A program made the position numbers and the translations under genes. Shown piece after piece: positions 38,123 through 50,392 of a stretch of DNA of 64,000 bases. Source of the stretch: Prorocentrum cordatum (lineage: Eukaryota); NCBI GenBank assembly GCA_963575745.1, contig CAUYUJ010000001.1:1922001-1986000 (forward strand). The letters are read 5' to 3'. Each line of letters begins with the position of its first letter. Within the stretch, counting starts at the first letter, position 1. The notes under the pieces were generated by a model, which was not told where the DNA came from, did not search any database, and saw only the letters and a list, made by a program, of their open reading frames with translations.

Positions 38123-39178
38123 TAACTGTTGGCATAGGTGTCCGGTCTCCCAGCGCCATGTCGGGCGGGGCAAGGACCAGGGCAGATCGCTCCAGAGCGT
38201 TCCGGCACGCTCTCGTGGCGCTCCCGTGCGACCTCTGCGGCCCGACCCATCGAAGGAGGCGGGGAGGCTTCTTGGAAGGCAGGGGCCTTCTCAGATGGCC
38301 TCGGGGGCCTCGAAAGGCTCGGAAGTGTTGCTCCGAACGCCACACCGAGGCCCCAGTAGGACCCGAGTGACAAGTGAAGGCTTCTGCTCCCAACCCCGTC
38401 CGCATCAGCGGGCGCGCGGCCCAAACGCCACCCCCAATAAATGTATAGACACGGGCTTCCGCCTGCAGGGGGGGGGGACCCTGGGACTATCCACTCCTTG
38501 GGAATTTCATTCAGGAGAGAAGATGAAGCCTTGTGTTCGGCGATTCTGCATGGACGTCCTCAAATTATGCATGGTCTGGCTCCCAGTTGTTTGGCTCGTT
38601 TGGCCCTTGGCTTGGCATGGTTTGGGCCCAGTTTCTCCTGTGACGTCCACGGAATTTGCGTGGTTTGGCTCGGTTTGGCTTGATTCGGGCACGCTTTCGT
38701 TTGAGACGTGCTTGACATTTGGCACGTTTCGCCTTGGTTTGGGCCCCGTTTCGCTTGAGACGTCCTCGCAAGCTGTTTGGTTACAAGGCTTGCGGAGCGA
38801 AACGTCAGCGAATGTTTGCACGGTTGGGTACCATACGTTATGGTCGCCATGCGGTCTTAGCACGCAGTGGGATGTGTTACGTGTTCGTCGACATTAAAAG
38901 GTTATTTAACACACGAGGAGGTGGGCGTGTGCAAACCGAAGTAATGGCACAATGTCATGAACCCCTATGGTGGTCCACATGTAAAACGGCAGTGCTACAA
39001 CATGGCGGGCGGAATGGCTGTGGACATTGCCAACACGCTGTGGATCGGCATGGCCGCGTGTGGTGGCGTCAGTAGACGAACCGCTCCCAGGCTGCAGGAA
39101 GGTTTCTCAGAAGCACCAGGCGGGCGCCTGCGAAGCCCCCCCCTGCCTTCTCAGAAACCACGCCGCCTTCTCAGGATT

Positions 39179-39270
39179 CCACCCCACTCGCGCCACCCCC
39201 GTCGGTCGGCATCACCCCAGCGTAGTGTCTGGGGTGATGCCGACCGACGGGGGTGGCGCGAGTGGGGTGG
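39179..39270. repeat. Perfect hairpin, 42-bp arms, 8-nt loop
   Basis: CCACCCCACTCGCGCCACCCCCGTCGGTCGGCATCACCCCAG-cgtagtgt-exact reverse complement. Confidence 0.95.
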
Positions 39271-39738
39271 GCTCAAAATCTTGTAGTCTGAGCTCCGTGG
39301 CGGGCGCTTTCTGGGCAGACCGCTCGGGAGCGACGTAGTACAAGATTTGTGTAGTACGTGCTCGCGTCGGACGTGCACCTCCAACACCAGCACGTGGGGC
39401 GCTCTCGGAGGTCCGCGCGCACTTCTTGGACCGGCGCTGGAGCCCCTGGCGGCGCCGGATCGCGCCAGGGGGGGGAGGTCCAGCGCCGATCCACGAAATC
39501 AGCGCGGACCTCTGAAAGTCCATTTTCCGGCAACCCGCCGCCAGCGCCCTCGTGCGCCCTCGTGCGGTCTCGGGGCCGCGGGCGTCGCGGGGCGGGCGGC
39601 GCGCGAGGGGCCATCCGAGATGCGCGGTCCGTGAGGAGAGATCTAGGGAGGAGGAGGGGGAGGAGGAGGAGGAGGAGGAGGAGGAGGAGGAGGAGGAGGA
39701 GGAGGAGGAGGAAGACGAAAAGGAGGAGGATGGGGAGG

Positions 39739-39774
<36 letters not shown>

Positions 39775-40218
39775 AGGAGAGAGAAAGCGATGGAGGATGA
39801 GGAAGAGAAGGAGGAGGAGGAGGAGCAGGAGCAGGAGCAGGAGCAGGAGGAGGGGAGTATGCGGAGGAAGGTGACGAGGTTTGGGTCAGAGGAGGGAGGT
39901 GCCGTAATCATGATATGTCGCAGGAGTTCCAGGATTCCCCTGGTGCCCTCATGGTCTACACGGGCTGCAGAGACGCGCTCAGTTAGATATTCCCTGGAAC
40001 TCCTGGAGCGCATCCTGAGCCAATCTCACCATGGTCGGAGTGAGGGGGCTGAACCGAACGGTCATTCACTGTCCCTGGGTGGGTGCGTGGCTGAAGTTGA
40101 ATTTCGCTATGTGGATTATTGTTGTTGTTGTTGTTGTTGCTGTTGTTGTTGTTGTTGCTGTTGTTGTTGTTGGTGTTGTTGTTGTTGTTGGTTGTTGTTG
40201 TTGTTGAACATTATTTAT

Positions 40219-40965
40219 TCTAAAGAATAATTATTGTTGGGCCCCCTGGTGCGCGCCCCCCCTGCGCCGCCTAGGCCGCAGCTACATTTTCATCATTTTC
40301 GTGAGGAAGCCTCAGAAAAGAGGGTGTGTACAGGATCCGGTTGTTTTGTTGTAATCCGCTTTCCCTTGCAAAAAACAATAGAAAATGACATTTCTTGTTC
40401 TAATATAATCAAATTTCAAGAATCCCTTGCAAGAAATAAGGTAAAGTGGACATTCGCGCGCGCAAGACGAAATCCTTCCAAAAGCTTAGTGTTCGCAGCG
40501 ATTTTAACATAAAAACATCAAAAAAACAATGGTTTTTCAACAAAAAAATGTCAAAATCTCATCCCGCGCGCTCTTGCGGATTCGTAGGAAACCCAACACT
40601 TTTTTAAACATTTCTGTCAAACGGGCTTTTGCGAGCAACTTTTTCGAACTTCTGCGACAACGGTTGCGCACCTGCCAGGGCCATCATCCCTGTCAAATAA
40701 TACCATGCGGGACACATTCGTTTTTTCTTCGCGCGCGCACGCCGTCGTCGTCGGCCGCGGGGCCCTGAATAGTAGCCACGGTCGTCCGCATGCCACGAAG
40801 TGAAGTGTCCGAACGTCATAGGGCGGGAAGCTGGGTGTGGGTGGTGGCGAAGAGTCGTTTGGAAATTTGGTAGAGCTTGAACCGGCCCCCCCACAAAGTG
40901 GGGGTATTGCCCGCCTCCTATGAAAACCCTGGCACTGGTGAGAACGGAGTGTCCCCACGTGCTAG
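40219..40965 (+). mobile_element. Non-autonomous Helitron-like element family 2, copy 1
   Basis: Starts TC(TAAAGAATAA) and ends with an imperfect hairpin then CTAG|T; sits in (GTT)n; near-identical copy at 43319-44149. Confidence 0.6.
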
Positions 40966-41089
40966 TAATTGTTGTTGTTGTTGTTGTTGTTGTTGACGAA
41001 ACCACTAGCTGGCGGACCGGCCCCCCCCCCCCCCCCCGCGCAACGCAGCGCAACGCAACGCAACGCTCTCCCCGCGCGCCCCCCCGCGG

Positions 41090-41925
41090 GGCGTACAGGG
41101 ACCCGTACAGGGTTCTATAGGGCTCCCACAGGACCCCTACAGGGTTCCATAGGATTCCTATAGGACCCCTACACGGTTCCATAGGATTCCTATAGGACCC
41201 GTACAGGGTTCCATTGGACTTTTGTAGGAGCCGCACAGGGTTGGATCGGACCCCCATAGGACCCCTACAGGGTTCCATCGGATTCCCATAGGACCCGTGT
41301 AGGGTTCCATTGGACTCCTATAGGACCCCTACAGGGTTCCATGGGACTCCCATAGGACCCCTACAGGGTTTCATAGGACTCCCATACGACCCAGACAGGG
41401 TTCCTGAAGACTCCCATGGAACCCCGACAGGGTTCCATAGGACTCCCATAGGACCCCTACAGGGCTTCATAGGACTCCCATAGGACCCCTACAGGGATCC
41501 ATCGGGTTCCCATAGGACCCGGACAGGGTTCCATCGGGTTCCCATAGGACCCGGACAGGGTTCCATGGGACCCCCATAGGACCCGTACAGGGTTCCATCG
41601 GACTCCCATACGACCCCTACAGGGTTCCATCGGATTCTCATAGGACCCGTACAGGGTTCCATCGGACTCCCATAGGACCCCTACAGGGATCCATCGGGTG
41701 CCCATAGGACCCGTACAGGGTTCCATCGGACTCCTATAGGACCCCTACAGGGTTCCATGGGAGGCCCATAGGACCCCTACAGGGTTTCATAGGACTCCCA
41801 TACGACCCAGACAGGGTTCCTTAAAACTCCCATGGGACCCCTACAGGGTTCCATAGGACTCCCATCGGACGCCTACAGGGTTTCATAGGACTCCCATAGG
41901 ACCCCTACAGGGTTTCATCGGACTC
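41090..41925 (+). repeat. 32-bp tandem array A (~26 units, CATAGGACCCCTACAGGGTTCCATCGGACTCC)
   Basis: Directly visible. Confidence 0.95.
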
Positions 41926-41927
41926 AT

Positions 41928-43065
41928 CGGACTGTATGGGATCCCATACGGATCCTATACGGACTGTATGCGGATCCCATACGGATCCTTATGGGACGTA
42001 TGGGATCCCATACAGTCCGTATAGGATCCGTATGGGATCCCATACAGTCCGTAGAGGATCCGTAGGGGATCCCATACAGTCTGTATAGGATCCGTATGGG
42101 ACCCCATACAGTCCGTATAGGATCCGTATGGGACCCCATACAGTCTGTATAGGATCCGTAGGGGATCCCATACAGTCTGTATAGGATCCGTAGGGGATCC
42201 CATACAGTCTGTATAGGATCCGTATGGGATCCTATACAGTCTGTATAGGATCCGTATGGGATCCTATACAGTCTGGATAGGATCCGTAGGGGATCCCATA
42301 CAATCCTTATAGGATCCGTAAGGGATCCCATACAGTCCTTATAGGATCCGTATGAGACCCCGTACAGTCCGCATAGCATCCGTATGGGGATCCCATACAG
42401 TCCGTATCGGATCGGTAGGGGATCCCATGCAGTCCGTATAGGATCCGTATGCGATCCCATACAGTCCGTATAGGATCCGTATGGGATCCCATGCAGTCCG
42501 TATAGGATCCGTATGCGATCCCATACAGTCCGTATAGGATCCGTATGGGATCCCATACAGTCCGTATAGGATCCGTATGGGATCCCATACAGTCCGTATA
42601 GGATCCGTATGGGATCCCATACAGTCCGTATAGGATCCGTATGGGATCCCATACAGTCCGTATAGGATCCGTATGGGATCCCATACAGTCCGTATAGGAT
42701 CCGTATGGGATCCCATACAGTCCGTATAGGATCCGTATGGGATCCCATACAGTCCGTATAGGATCCGTATGGGATCCCATACAGTCCGTATAGGATCCGT
42801 ATGGGATCCCATACAGGCCGTATAGGATCCGTATGGGATCCCATACAGGCCGTATAGGATCCGTATGGGATCCCATACAGTCCGTATAGGATCCGTATGG
42901 GATCCCATACAGTCCGTATAGGATCCGTTGGGATCCATACAGTCCGTATCCTAGGGGATCCCATACAGTCTGTATAGGATCCGTATGGGATCCCATACAG
43001 TCCGTATAGGATCCGTATGGGATCCTATACAGTCCGTATAGGATCCGTAGGGGATCCCATACAGT
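41928..43065 (+). repeat. 32-bp tandem array B (~35 units, GTATGGGATCCCATACAGTCCGTATAGGATCC); first two units inverted
   Basis: Directly visible; each unit holds the perfect 16-bp palindrome GTATGGGATCCCATAC. Confidence 0.95.
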
Positions 43066-43318
43066 GGGAGCTCCCGTAGGGTCACACACCCCCCACCTGC
43101 CCGCGCAACGGAACACAACGCAACAGAGGCTGCTCATACAGCCGTGTTGCGTTGCGTTGCGTTGCGTTGCGGGGGGGGGGGGGGGGGGGGGTCCTGGTAC
43201 ACCAGTGGGTTGTTTCGCTACATGGAGCAAAACAGCGAACTGGTGGACCGGCTCCGGGTACACCAGCAGGTTGTTTTGCCTTGTTGTTGTTGGTTGTTGT
43301 TGTTGTTGCATTATTACT

Positions 43319-44149
43319 TCTAAAGAATAATTATTGTTGGGGCCCCTGGTGCACGGCCCCCTCGCCGCGCCTAGGCCGCAGCCATGTTTTCATCATTTTC
43401 GTGAGGAAGTCTCCGGCAAAACGGGTTGGTCCGGATCCGGTTGTTTTGTTTCCCCCCGCTTTCCCTTGCAAAAAACAATATAAAATGACATTTCTTGTTC
43501 TAACATAACCACATTTCAAGAATCCATTGCAACAAATAAGGTAAAGTGGACACTCGCGCGCGCAAGACGAAATCCTTCCAAAACCTTAGTGTTCGTAGCG
43601 ATTTTAACATAAAAACATCAAAAAACCAATGGTTTCTCAAAAAAAAAAAGTGTCAACATTTCATCCCGCGCGCTCTTGCGGATTTGTAGGAAACCCAACA
43701 CTTTTTAAACATTTCTGTCAAACGGGCTTTTGCGAGCATCTTTTTCACGTGCTTCGAACTTCTCCAACAACGGTTGCGCACCTGCCAGGGCCATCATCCC
43801 TGTCAAATAATACCATGCGGGACACATTCGTTTTTTCTTCGCGCGCGCACACCGAAATCTTCAAAAACCATTGGAACAGGGGGAAAAGTCGTATACTACG
43901 TTAGCGTCCAGAAAATGTTACCACAACAAGTCACTGTACCCATGCGCCAGTGTAGTAGCCACGGTCGTCCGCAGGCCACGAAGTGAAGTGTCCGAACGTC
44001 ATAGGGCGGGAAGCTGGGTGTGGGTGGTGGCGAAGAGTCGTTTGGAAATGTGGTAGAGCTTGAACCGGCCCCCCCACAAAGTGGGGGTATTGGCGGGCGT
44101 CGTACGAAAACCCTGGCACTGGTGAGAACGGAGTGTCCCCACGTGCTAG
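43319..44149 (+). mobile_element. Helitron-like family 2, copy 2
   Basis: Homologous to 40219-40965 with an extra block at ~43850-43950; same TC..CTAG|T ends. Confidence 0.6.
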
Positions 44150-44310
44150 TAATTGTTGTTGTTGTTGTTGGTGGTGGTGATTGTTGGTTGTTGGTTGTTG
44201 GTTGTTGGTTGTTGGTTGTTGGTTGTTGTTTGTTGTTTGTTGTTTGTTGTGTGTTGTTTGTTGTTTGTTGTTTGTTGTTTGTTGTTTGTTGTGTGTTGTT
44301 GTTGTCGTCG

Positions 44311-45125
44311 TCCCGCCCGCGACCCACCCCGACCCCCACCCGCGACCCCACCCGCTACCCACCGCGACCCACCCGCGACCCACCCGCGACCCACCCCGCG
44401 ACCCACCCGCGACCCACCCCGAGACCCCCTTGCGATCCACCCGCGACCCACCGGCGACCCACCCGCGACCCACCCGCGACCCACCCGCGACCCACCCGCG
44501 ACCCACCCGCGACCCACCCGCGACCCACCCGCGACCCACCGCGACCCACCCGCGACCCACCCACGACCCACCCCGCGACCAACCCAAAATTTTCGGCGCC
44601 TGCGGCGGATTCTGTTGCATGCTTTCCAGGTGGAGAACCTGCGACCCACCCGCGACCCAAACCGCGTTCAGTGTACAAATCCAAATTTTCGGCGCCTGCA
44701 GCGGGCTGTTTTTGAATTCCTTCCAGGTGGAGGTGGAGAGCCCGCGACCCACCCGCGACCCAAACTACGTTCATTGCGCAAGCCAAAACTTCGGCGCATG
44801 CGGCGGGTTTCTTTTGCATCGGCGACCCACCCGCGTCCCACCGGCGACCCACCCCGAGACCCACCCGCTACCTACCCCGCGACACACCCGCGACCCACCC
44901 GCGACCCACCCGCGACCCACCGCGACCCACCCGCGACCCACCCGCGACCCACCCCGCGACCCACCCAAAATTTTCGGCGCCTTTTGTATTCGATCCAGGT
45001 GCAGAACCTGCGACCCACCCGCGACCCAAACCGCGTTCAGTGTACAAATCAACATGTTCGGCGCCTGCGGCGGGCTGTTTTTGAATTCCTTCCACGTGGA
45101 GGTGGAGAGCCCGCGACCCACCCAG
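44311..45125 (+). repeat. 11-bp (CCCGCGACCCA)n arrays interleaved with a duplicated ~170-bp module
   Basis: Module AAAATTTTCGGCGCC..CAAACCGCGTTCAGTGTACAAATC..GGAGGTGGAGAGCC at ~44585 and ~44965. Confidence 0.9.
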
Positions 45126-48053
45126 CATCGACGCCCGCGTCGCCCGCGCCCGCCCCCTCACTCTTATCCGCAATGGCGGCGTGCTACGTCTTAGTCTCGT
45201 CTTATTGGAGGAGGAGGAGGAGGAGGAGGAGGAGGAGGAGGAGTCCTTCGATCAGACGGGTGGAGGGAGCGGGAGGAGGAGGAGGAGGCGGGCAGTGCGG
45301 ACACTGCTGGGGCTACGCGGGCTCGCCAGGGGCCACGGTGAAGTTTTGTCGAGGCCGCGCGAGGGGCGAAGTCGCCATGGATTCGCGCGGCGCTTGGGCA
45401 AAACCTCTTGGTCATTCGGGCTCCCAGGAGGGGACTGCGCTACACATCCTCGGGGGGGCCTTTCCCGTCGAATGAGCGGCGGTGTCTTCTTGCATTCGGC
45501 ACGAATTGGACGCGGCGCGATGGGAAAGACCACATCCCCCGAAAAGACAGCCCAAGGTACGGGGACAGGCGGGGCGGGCGAAATCTGGTCGAAGACACCG
45601 CTTCACGCGGGTTGCCAATGCGGCCCGCCAGACGCACATGGGGAGGCCGTATGGGCGGGTGCCTCGCTGGGAGGTGGGTGGGGCGAGGGGGAAGGGGAGC
45701 ATCTCCCTTCACGTCCTCATTCCCTGCTCTCCTCCCCGACGCGTCTTCACCTCCTCTCCTCCTTCTACTCGCCCTCCTCCGTTCCCTTCTGGCGATTTCC
45801 GTGCCCTGCGCCTGCCGGTGCACGACATGGAGATGCTGATGGCCTGCCCCTCACGCTTCTGGACGCTTGCCATGATGCGCTCGACGACGCGCGGATTGTT
45901 CGTCTGCCAGTCCACCATGGCCGCGGCGGACAGGAGGAGGAGGAGGAGGAGGAGGAGAAGGAGGAGGAGGAGGAGGAGGAGGAGGAGGAGGAGGAGGGCG
46001 TGCGGCCCACGCGGTGGCCCCGCAGCAGCTGCGGCTGCGCCTGGACGCCCGCGGACGCATCGGGCTCGCCACGGCAGGAGGTGGACCGCACCCTCGCGCC
46101 GGCTGCGCGCGCGCTGGGCCTCCCTGAGAGCTGCGCCGGAGGAGGAGGAGGAGGAGGAGGAGGAGGAGGAGGAGGAGGAGGAGGAGGAGGAGGGGGAGGA
46201 GGAGGAGGAGGAGGAGGGGGAGGAGGAGGAGGAGGAGGAGGAGGAGGAGGAGGAGGAGGAGGAGGAGGAGGGGAGGCCCCGAGCTGGCAGCTGCACGCGC
46301 GGCAATATCCGAGGAGCAGCTCCAGCGGCTGCTGCTGGCGGGAGGGGGCGACAGTGGGGGGCGGTAGGGGCCTGGGCCGTTTCGCGGCGAAGGCGCCGTC
46401 CCCCCTCCCTCGCGCACGCGATGCTCGTCTTCAGCATCTTGCGTGGCGACCTCTGAGGCCCTCTTGACCGTCGTTTCTTCCTCAGTCCTCCTCGCGCGGC
46501 TCGACGACCACATTCGATATGCGCGTCCTCCTTTCCCTTCTCCTCAACCACCTCCTCATCCTTGTTCTCCTTCCCCCTCTTCTTCGCCATCCTCGTCGGC
46601 CTGACCGGAGGACGTGAGTGAAGGGAGTAGGGGATGCTCTGAGCCCCGACTGCTTACAGGACGAACCAAACCTAGGAGCCGCGACGATGAGTTCGCCTTG
46701 ATAGCCATTACCAGCCAGCATGATATCTACTACCTAGGATGTTTGGATACTGTAATCGTGTTCCTCTCAGTATCCTCCTGCGCCGCGAGTGCGGACCCTC
46801 AAGCGAATCAGACTCCCATGGCTTTCACGCGGATTGCACCAGGGCGAGAACGAACAGTGGTAGGGCCTTTCAGTTACAGAGCGCTCAGGAGGGAAGACAC
46901 CCCAATGGAAGTGCAGGCTCGCCGATGTTGCGACGTCGCCCATTGGCCCTGGCCCCAAGACGTCAGCAAACTGAGGGGCCATCCCGCCTAGGGAGGCGGG
47001 GGGAGACCGAACTCATCACCTAATCTGTGCGTTGGGCCCCCCCCCCCTCCTCGTCCTCCGTCCACTCTCCCTGTGTGTACAGCTCATCCCCCGTCGCACC
47101 CCCCAGGGCGTGCCGGTGGGGCGGGCGGGCCAGGCGTCTCGCTGCAGGTGTTCGCTCGCCGTGCACGAGAGCCTTAGGCGTGCGAGAGGTGCAGGCAGCT
47201 TCGCGGGTGGAGGGCGGGCCTGGTTTCAACAGGTGGCTCCCGCTTCCGCGCCGCGCTCCCTTCGTATTGAAAAGGCGTGCAGCACCGTGACGGAACGGGG
47301 GCGGGCGGTGCTCAGACTGTACCTATCGTCGCCTGCGGTGGAGAGGCCAGTCCACAGGAGAGCCCTCCACGAGAGCCCCAACCCTGAGGCCCCAGGGCGT
47401 CCATTGGTTCTTGGCGCGGGAGCGTCGCGCTTTCCATCGCAGAGCCGTATCGGAACCCCGGAGACACTGGGCACCCTGGAGGCGAGCAGGGTGTTTCTTG
47501 GCATGGGTTTCTATTGTAAGCGTCGCGCGCATTCGTCTTAAACGTGTGCAACCGTGTCACGGGCGGAGGACGGGCGGCTTCCAAATTGGGTTTTCTTTTT
47601 ATCTCTACGAAAATCCGTGTAAAAGCTTGGACCAGGTTCAGGGATGATGAGCGAATCTGTTTCATAATGAAGTTCTCGCTTTCGCACCGCGCACATTCGT
47701 CTTGGAAAGTTCGTGACGGGCCCAACGATTCGCACCGTCAAAGTCCAAGAAAAGTGTCCTGCAAAGACGTAGCCTGTCAGGGCGCAATCGCCACGTCGAT
47801 TCGGAGCGTTGACAACCCAGGAATGGTGTTCTGGCACGATGTAGGGCCGTCAGGGCGCAACGGTCACGTTGATTCGCACCGCTGACGTTCCAGGAATTGT
47901 GTTTTGGAACGGTTGAGGATTCTCAGGCGGTTGTCTTCCAATGGGGCATTTCCCGCAATGAAAAGTGAACCGGGAAATATAGGGGAGGCTTTATTGCATC
48001 GTTGATACGTCTTCGGTTAGCAGTGGTCCGCTTTCTACCCCTCCTCCGCGCAG

Positions 48054-48107
48054 GAGCTGGCGGCCAAGAGGCAGAAACACGCTGCGGCGCTGGACGCCCT
48101 GGGCGAG
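48054..48107 (+). CDS. Exon h of host gene: ELAAKRQKHAAALDALGE (could extend to 48116, ..GEAPE)
   Basis: ctccgcgcag|G ... GAG|gc. Resembles the end of the coiled coil just before the UBX domain (..L.EEP). Confidence 0.6.
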
Positions 48108-49570
48108 GCGCCCGAGGCGCCCCGCCCAGCCCCTGGCCCTTTCCTCCACGCTTGCTGGTCCAGCGTGCGCGACAGTGTCCCATCGCCGGACCCAGACATG
48201 CTCGCGCCGTGGAACAAAAAAAAAAACGCGTCGGGAGGTTTTTGGTCGTTTTCGGCCTCCTGGAGCCCTCGCCTGTCACAAGTCGATCCGCGAGGAAGAA
48301 TGCCCTGAATCGGTATCGAAACAATCCATGCATCGCGTGTTCGGGGAGTGGCCTTTCGGTGCGGGCCTGCCGGGGGCCCCCGACCGCTGCGACGCGACGC
48401 GACGCGGTAGCAGCAGCTTGCGCGCTTGGGTTTGGCACCTCCCTAAGTCCGCGCACCGAAGGTCACCCTTGCCTGCTCCAGGTTTCTTGATAAGCGTCGG
48501 GGGGGGCGCCATCTCCACCGACAGCCCCACATCGATCCCCGTCGCGGCGCGACGACGAGGCGAGGTTGACCCCCGTCGGGGGGGTACCCCCCACGCTTAT
48601 GAAGAAACCCAGAGTAGGGCCGCTGCAGCGCGTAGCCGATTCTGGCTGCGCAGGGAGGGGGAGGGAGAGGGGTGGGTGGTGACAAGCACGCTGTCGGAAC
48701 CTGCCGGGACGCTCTGGAGCAGCCGTGGCCTCCGACACGTTCTCCAGGATCGCCGGATCTCAAAGTTCCCCGGCGGATGCCGATCCCACTGTGTCCCGAT
48801 CTTGGCGTCGTCGGAGTGGAGGTGGGGGGACGAGAGAGGAGGAGGAAAGGGGGAGGGGCAGGACGAAATTGAGGGGAGCTGAGAAGGGAGGACTTGATGT
48901 GATGGTCCTGGGGCGCCTCAACCCCGCTAGTGGGCCCAGGCTCCTGGCATCACCACCCTGTAAACCGCGGTGGTCGCAAGCGTCCATCCATCATGGCTGA
49001 CACTCAAGGTCGAAGAAGTTAAGAGCAGGAAGTGACAAGGTTATTTACCGCTACTCGCCCCTCGTCGCCAAGGCTGGGTTCGCTTCGAAATCTCTGTCAG
49101 AACGCGCCCTTGAAGAGATTCGTGGGGTAGTGATGTCGGTACGTCCTTGTTGCATGAGAAATGGAGGAGTTTCGAGGACGGAGGTGAAGAAGGAAGAGGT
49201 GGAGGAATGAGGGGGGGTGGGAGAGATGAGTCGAGGGAGGGGGTTTTGAAAAAGGCGGAGGACGGCGGGAGAGGCCACGAAGAGGAGGAGGAGGAGGAGG
49301 AGGAGGAGGAGGAGGAGGAGGAGGAGGAAGAGGATGGATTCTCAGCGGGGGCCGATTCGAACGCATGGTAGGCACCGCGCTCGACCGCGCGCAACGGCTG
49401 CACTTCGACGAGCTACAAAGCACACAGCTTGCTCTAGAGCATTCACGGCAACAGGACGAGCAGCGACGACGAGCCGCACAGGATTGGAAACCCCCACGAA
49501 TTCACTTCGTGCGCCACCTGCCGCGCCCGCTGCGCCCCGCGTCGCAGTCTTCAACGGCGACGACCAGGGA

Positions 49571-49709
49571 TGTCAAATTTGCGTCGAGGCCTTCCCGCAC
49601 GACGATCGAGTGGCACGCCTACAGCGCCGCCGCATCTTGCACCAGGCGTGCCACCGACAGCTCATGCAGAACACCGGCGCCTAATTACCTGGCGCGCTGC
49701 CAGGCGCGC
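49571..49709 (+). pseudogene. Decayed RING-H2 finger
   Basis: CQICVEAFPHDDRVARLQ(R)R(R)ILHQAC...CQA(R): RING-H2 spacing with three ligand codons now CGC, plus a frameshift. Confidence 0.65.
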
Positions 49710-50105
49710 CAGGGGCCAGCCGACGCCATCGCCGACTTCCGCTTCATTGGTGCAGATCGTGCTACAGAGGGTCCAGCGATCGCGTTGTCGGCCCGCGCGG
49801 CAGACCCCGGCGCGTCGGGCCCGACGCCAGCGGTGCCGGCCCGCCCGGTACCGGACGACAGAATGACGGAGGATACGCCGCCCCAACAGGACACGACGCG
49901 GCCCCCCCAACCCGCGCCAACACCCGGGACACCACGGCAGCACCATATGCAGGCCCAGGATTGTGCATCCAGTTTCATGTCCGCCGCCGGCACAGCCGGG
50001 AATTTGACTGCAAGTACTTCGCATGCATGTGACGGTGCCCTATGACCTGATGGGGGCCAATCATACTACCTGGCCGACCGACAAACATAAATGACAAACA
50101 TTCAG

Positions 50106-50255
50106 AACATAAATTATTAGAACAACTTTTATTCCAACGCCGAAAAACATAAATTATTAGAAAAACTTTTATTCCAACGCCGAAAAACATAAATTATTTA
50201 GAAAAACTTTTATTCCAACGCCGAAAAACATAAATTGTTAGAAGAATTGTTATCC
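50106..50255 (+). repeat. AT-rich 40-bp tandem repeat (~3.7 units)
   Basis: AACATAAATTATTAGAAAAACTTTTATTCCAACGCCGAAA repeated. Confidence 0.95.
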
Positions 50256-50392
50256 CGAACTTAAATTATAATAATACAATTATATTACCCACAATAAAAA
50301 AAAAACAACTACCCCAACACGTTCACACGCCATTGGCCTCGAGAGAGTCGGAGGACTCGTTCGCGCTTATTCACACGCCTGTTGGCCCCGAG

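Larger units (their letters stand above)
41021..43191. mobile_element. TIR/foldback element filled with two 32-bp satellite arrays
   Basis: Termini poly-C+(GCAAC)n and (GTTGC)n+poly-G. Rejoined flanks GGACCGG|TCCTGGTACACCAG resemble the neighbouring uninterrupted GGACCGGCTCCGGGTACACCAG. Confidence 0.7.

Noticed and set aside
41090..43065. CRISPR-like array of 32-bp palindromic repeats, and ORFs 41924-43311
   Set aside because: Units are contiguous with no unique spacers and no cas genes; the ORFs are translations of the satellite.
45830..45920. Minus-strand exon-like peptide MVDWQTNNPRVVERIMASVQKREGQ
   Set aside because: Isolated, with no partner exons or recognisable family.
50106..50255. 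AT-rich 40-bp repeats as iterons or a replication origin
   Set aside because: Eukaryotic intronic context and no rep gene; recorded only as a tandem repeat.
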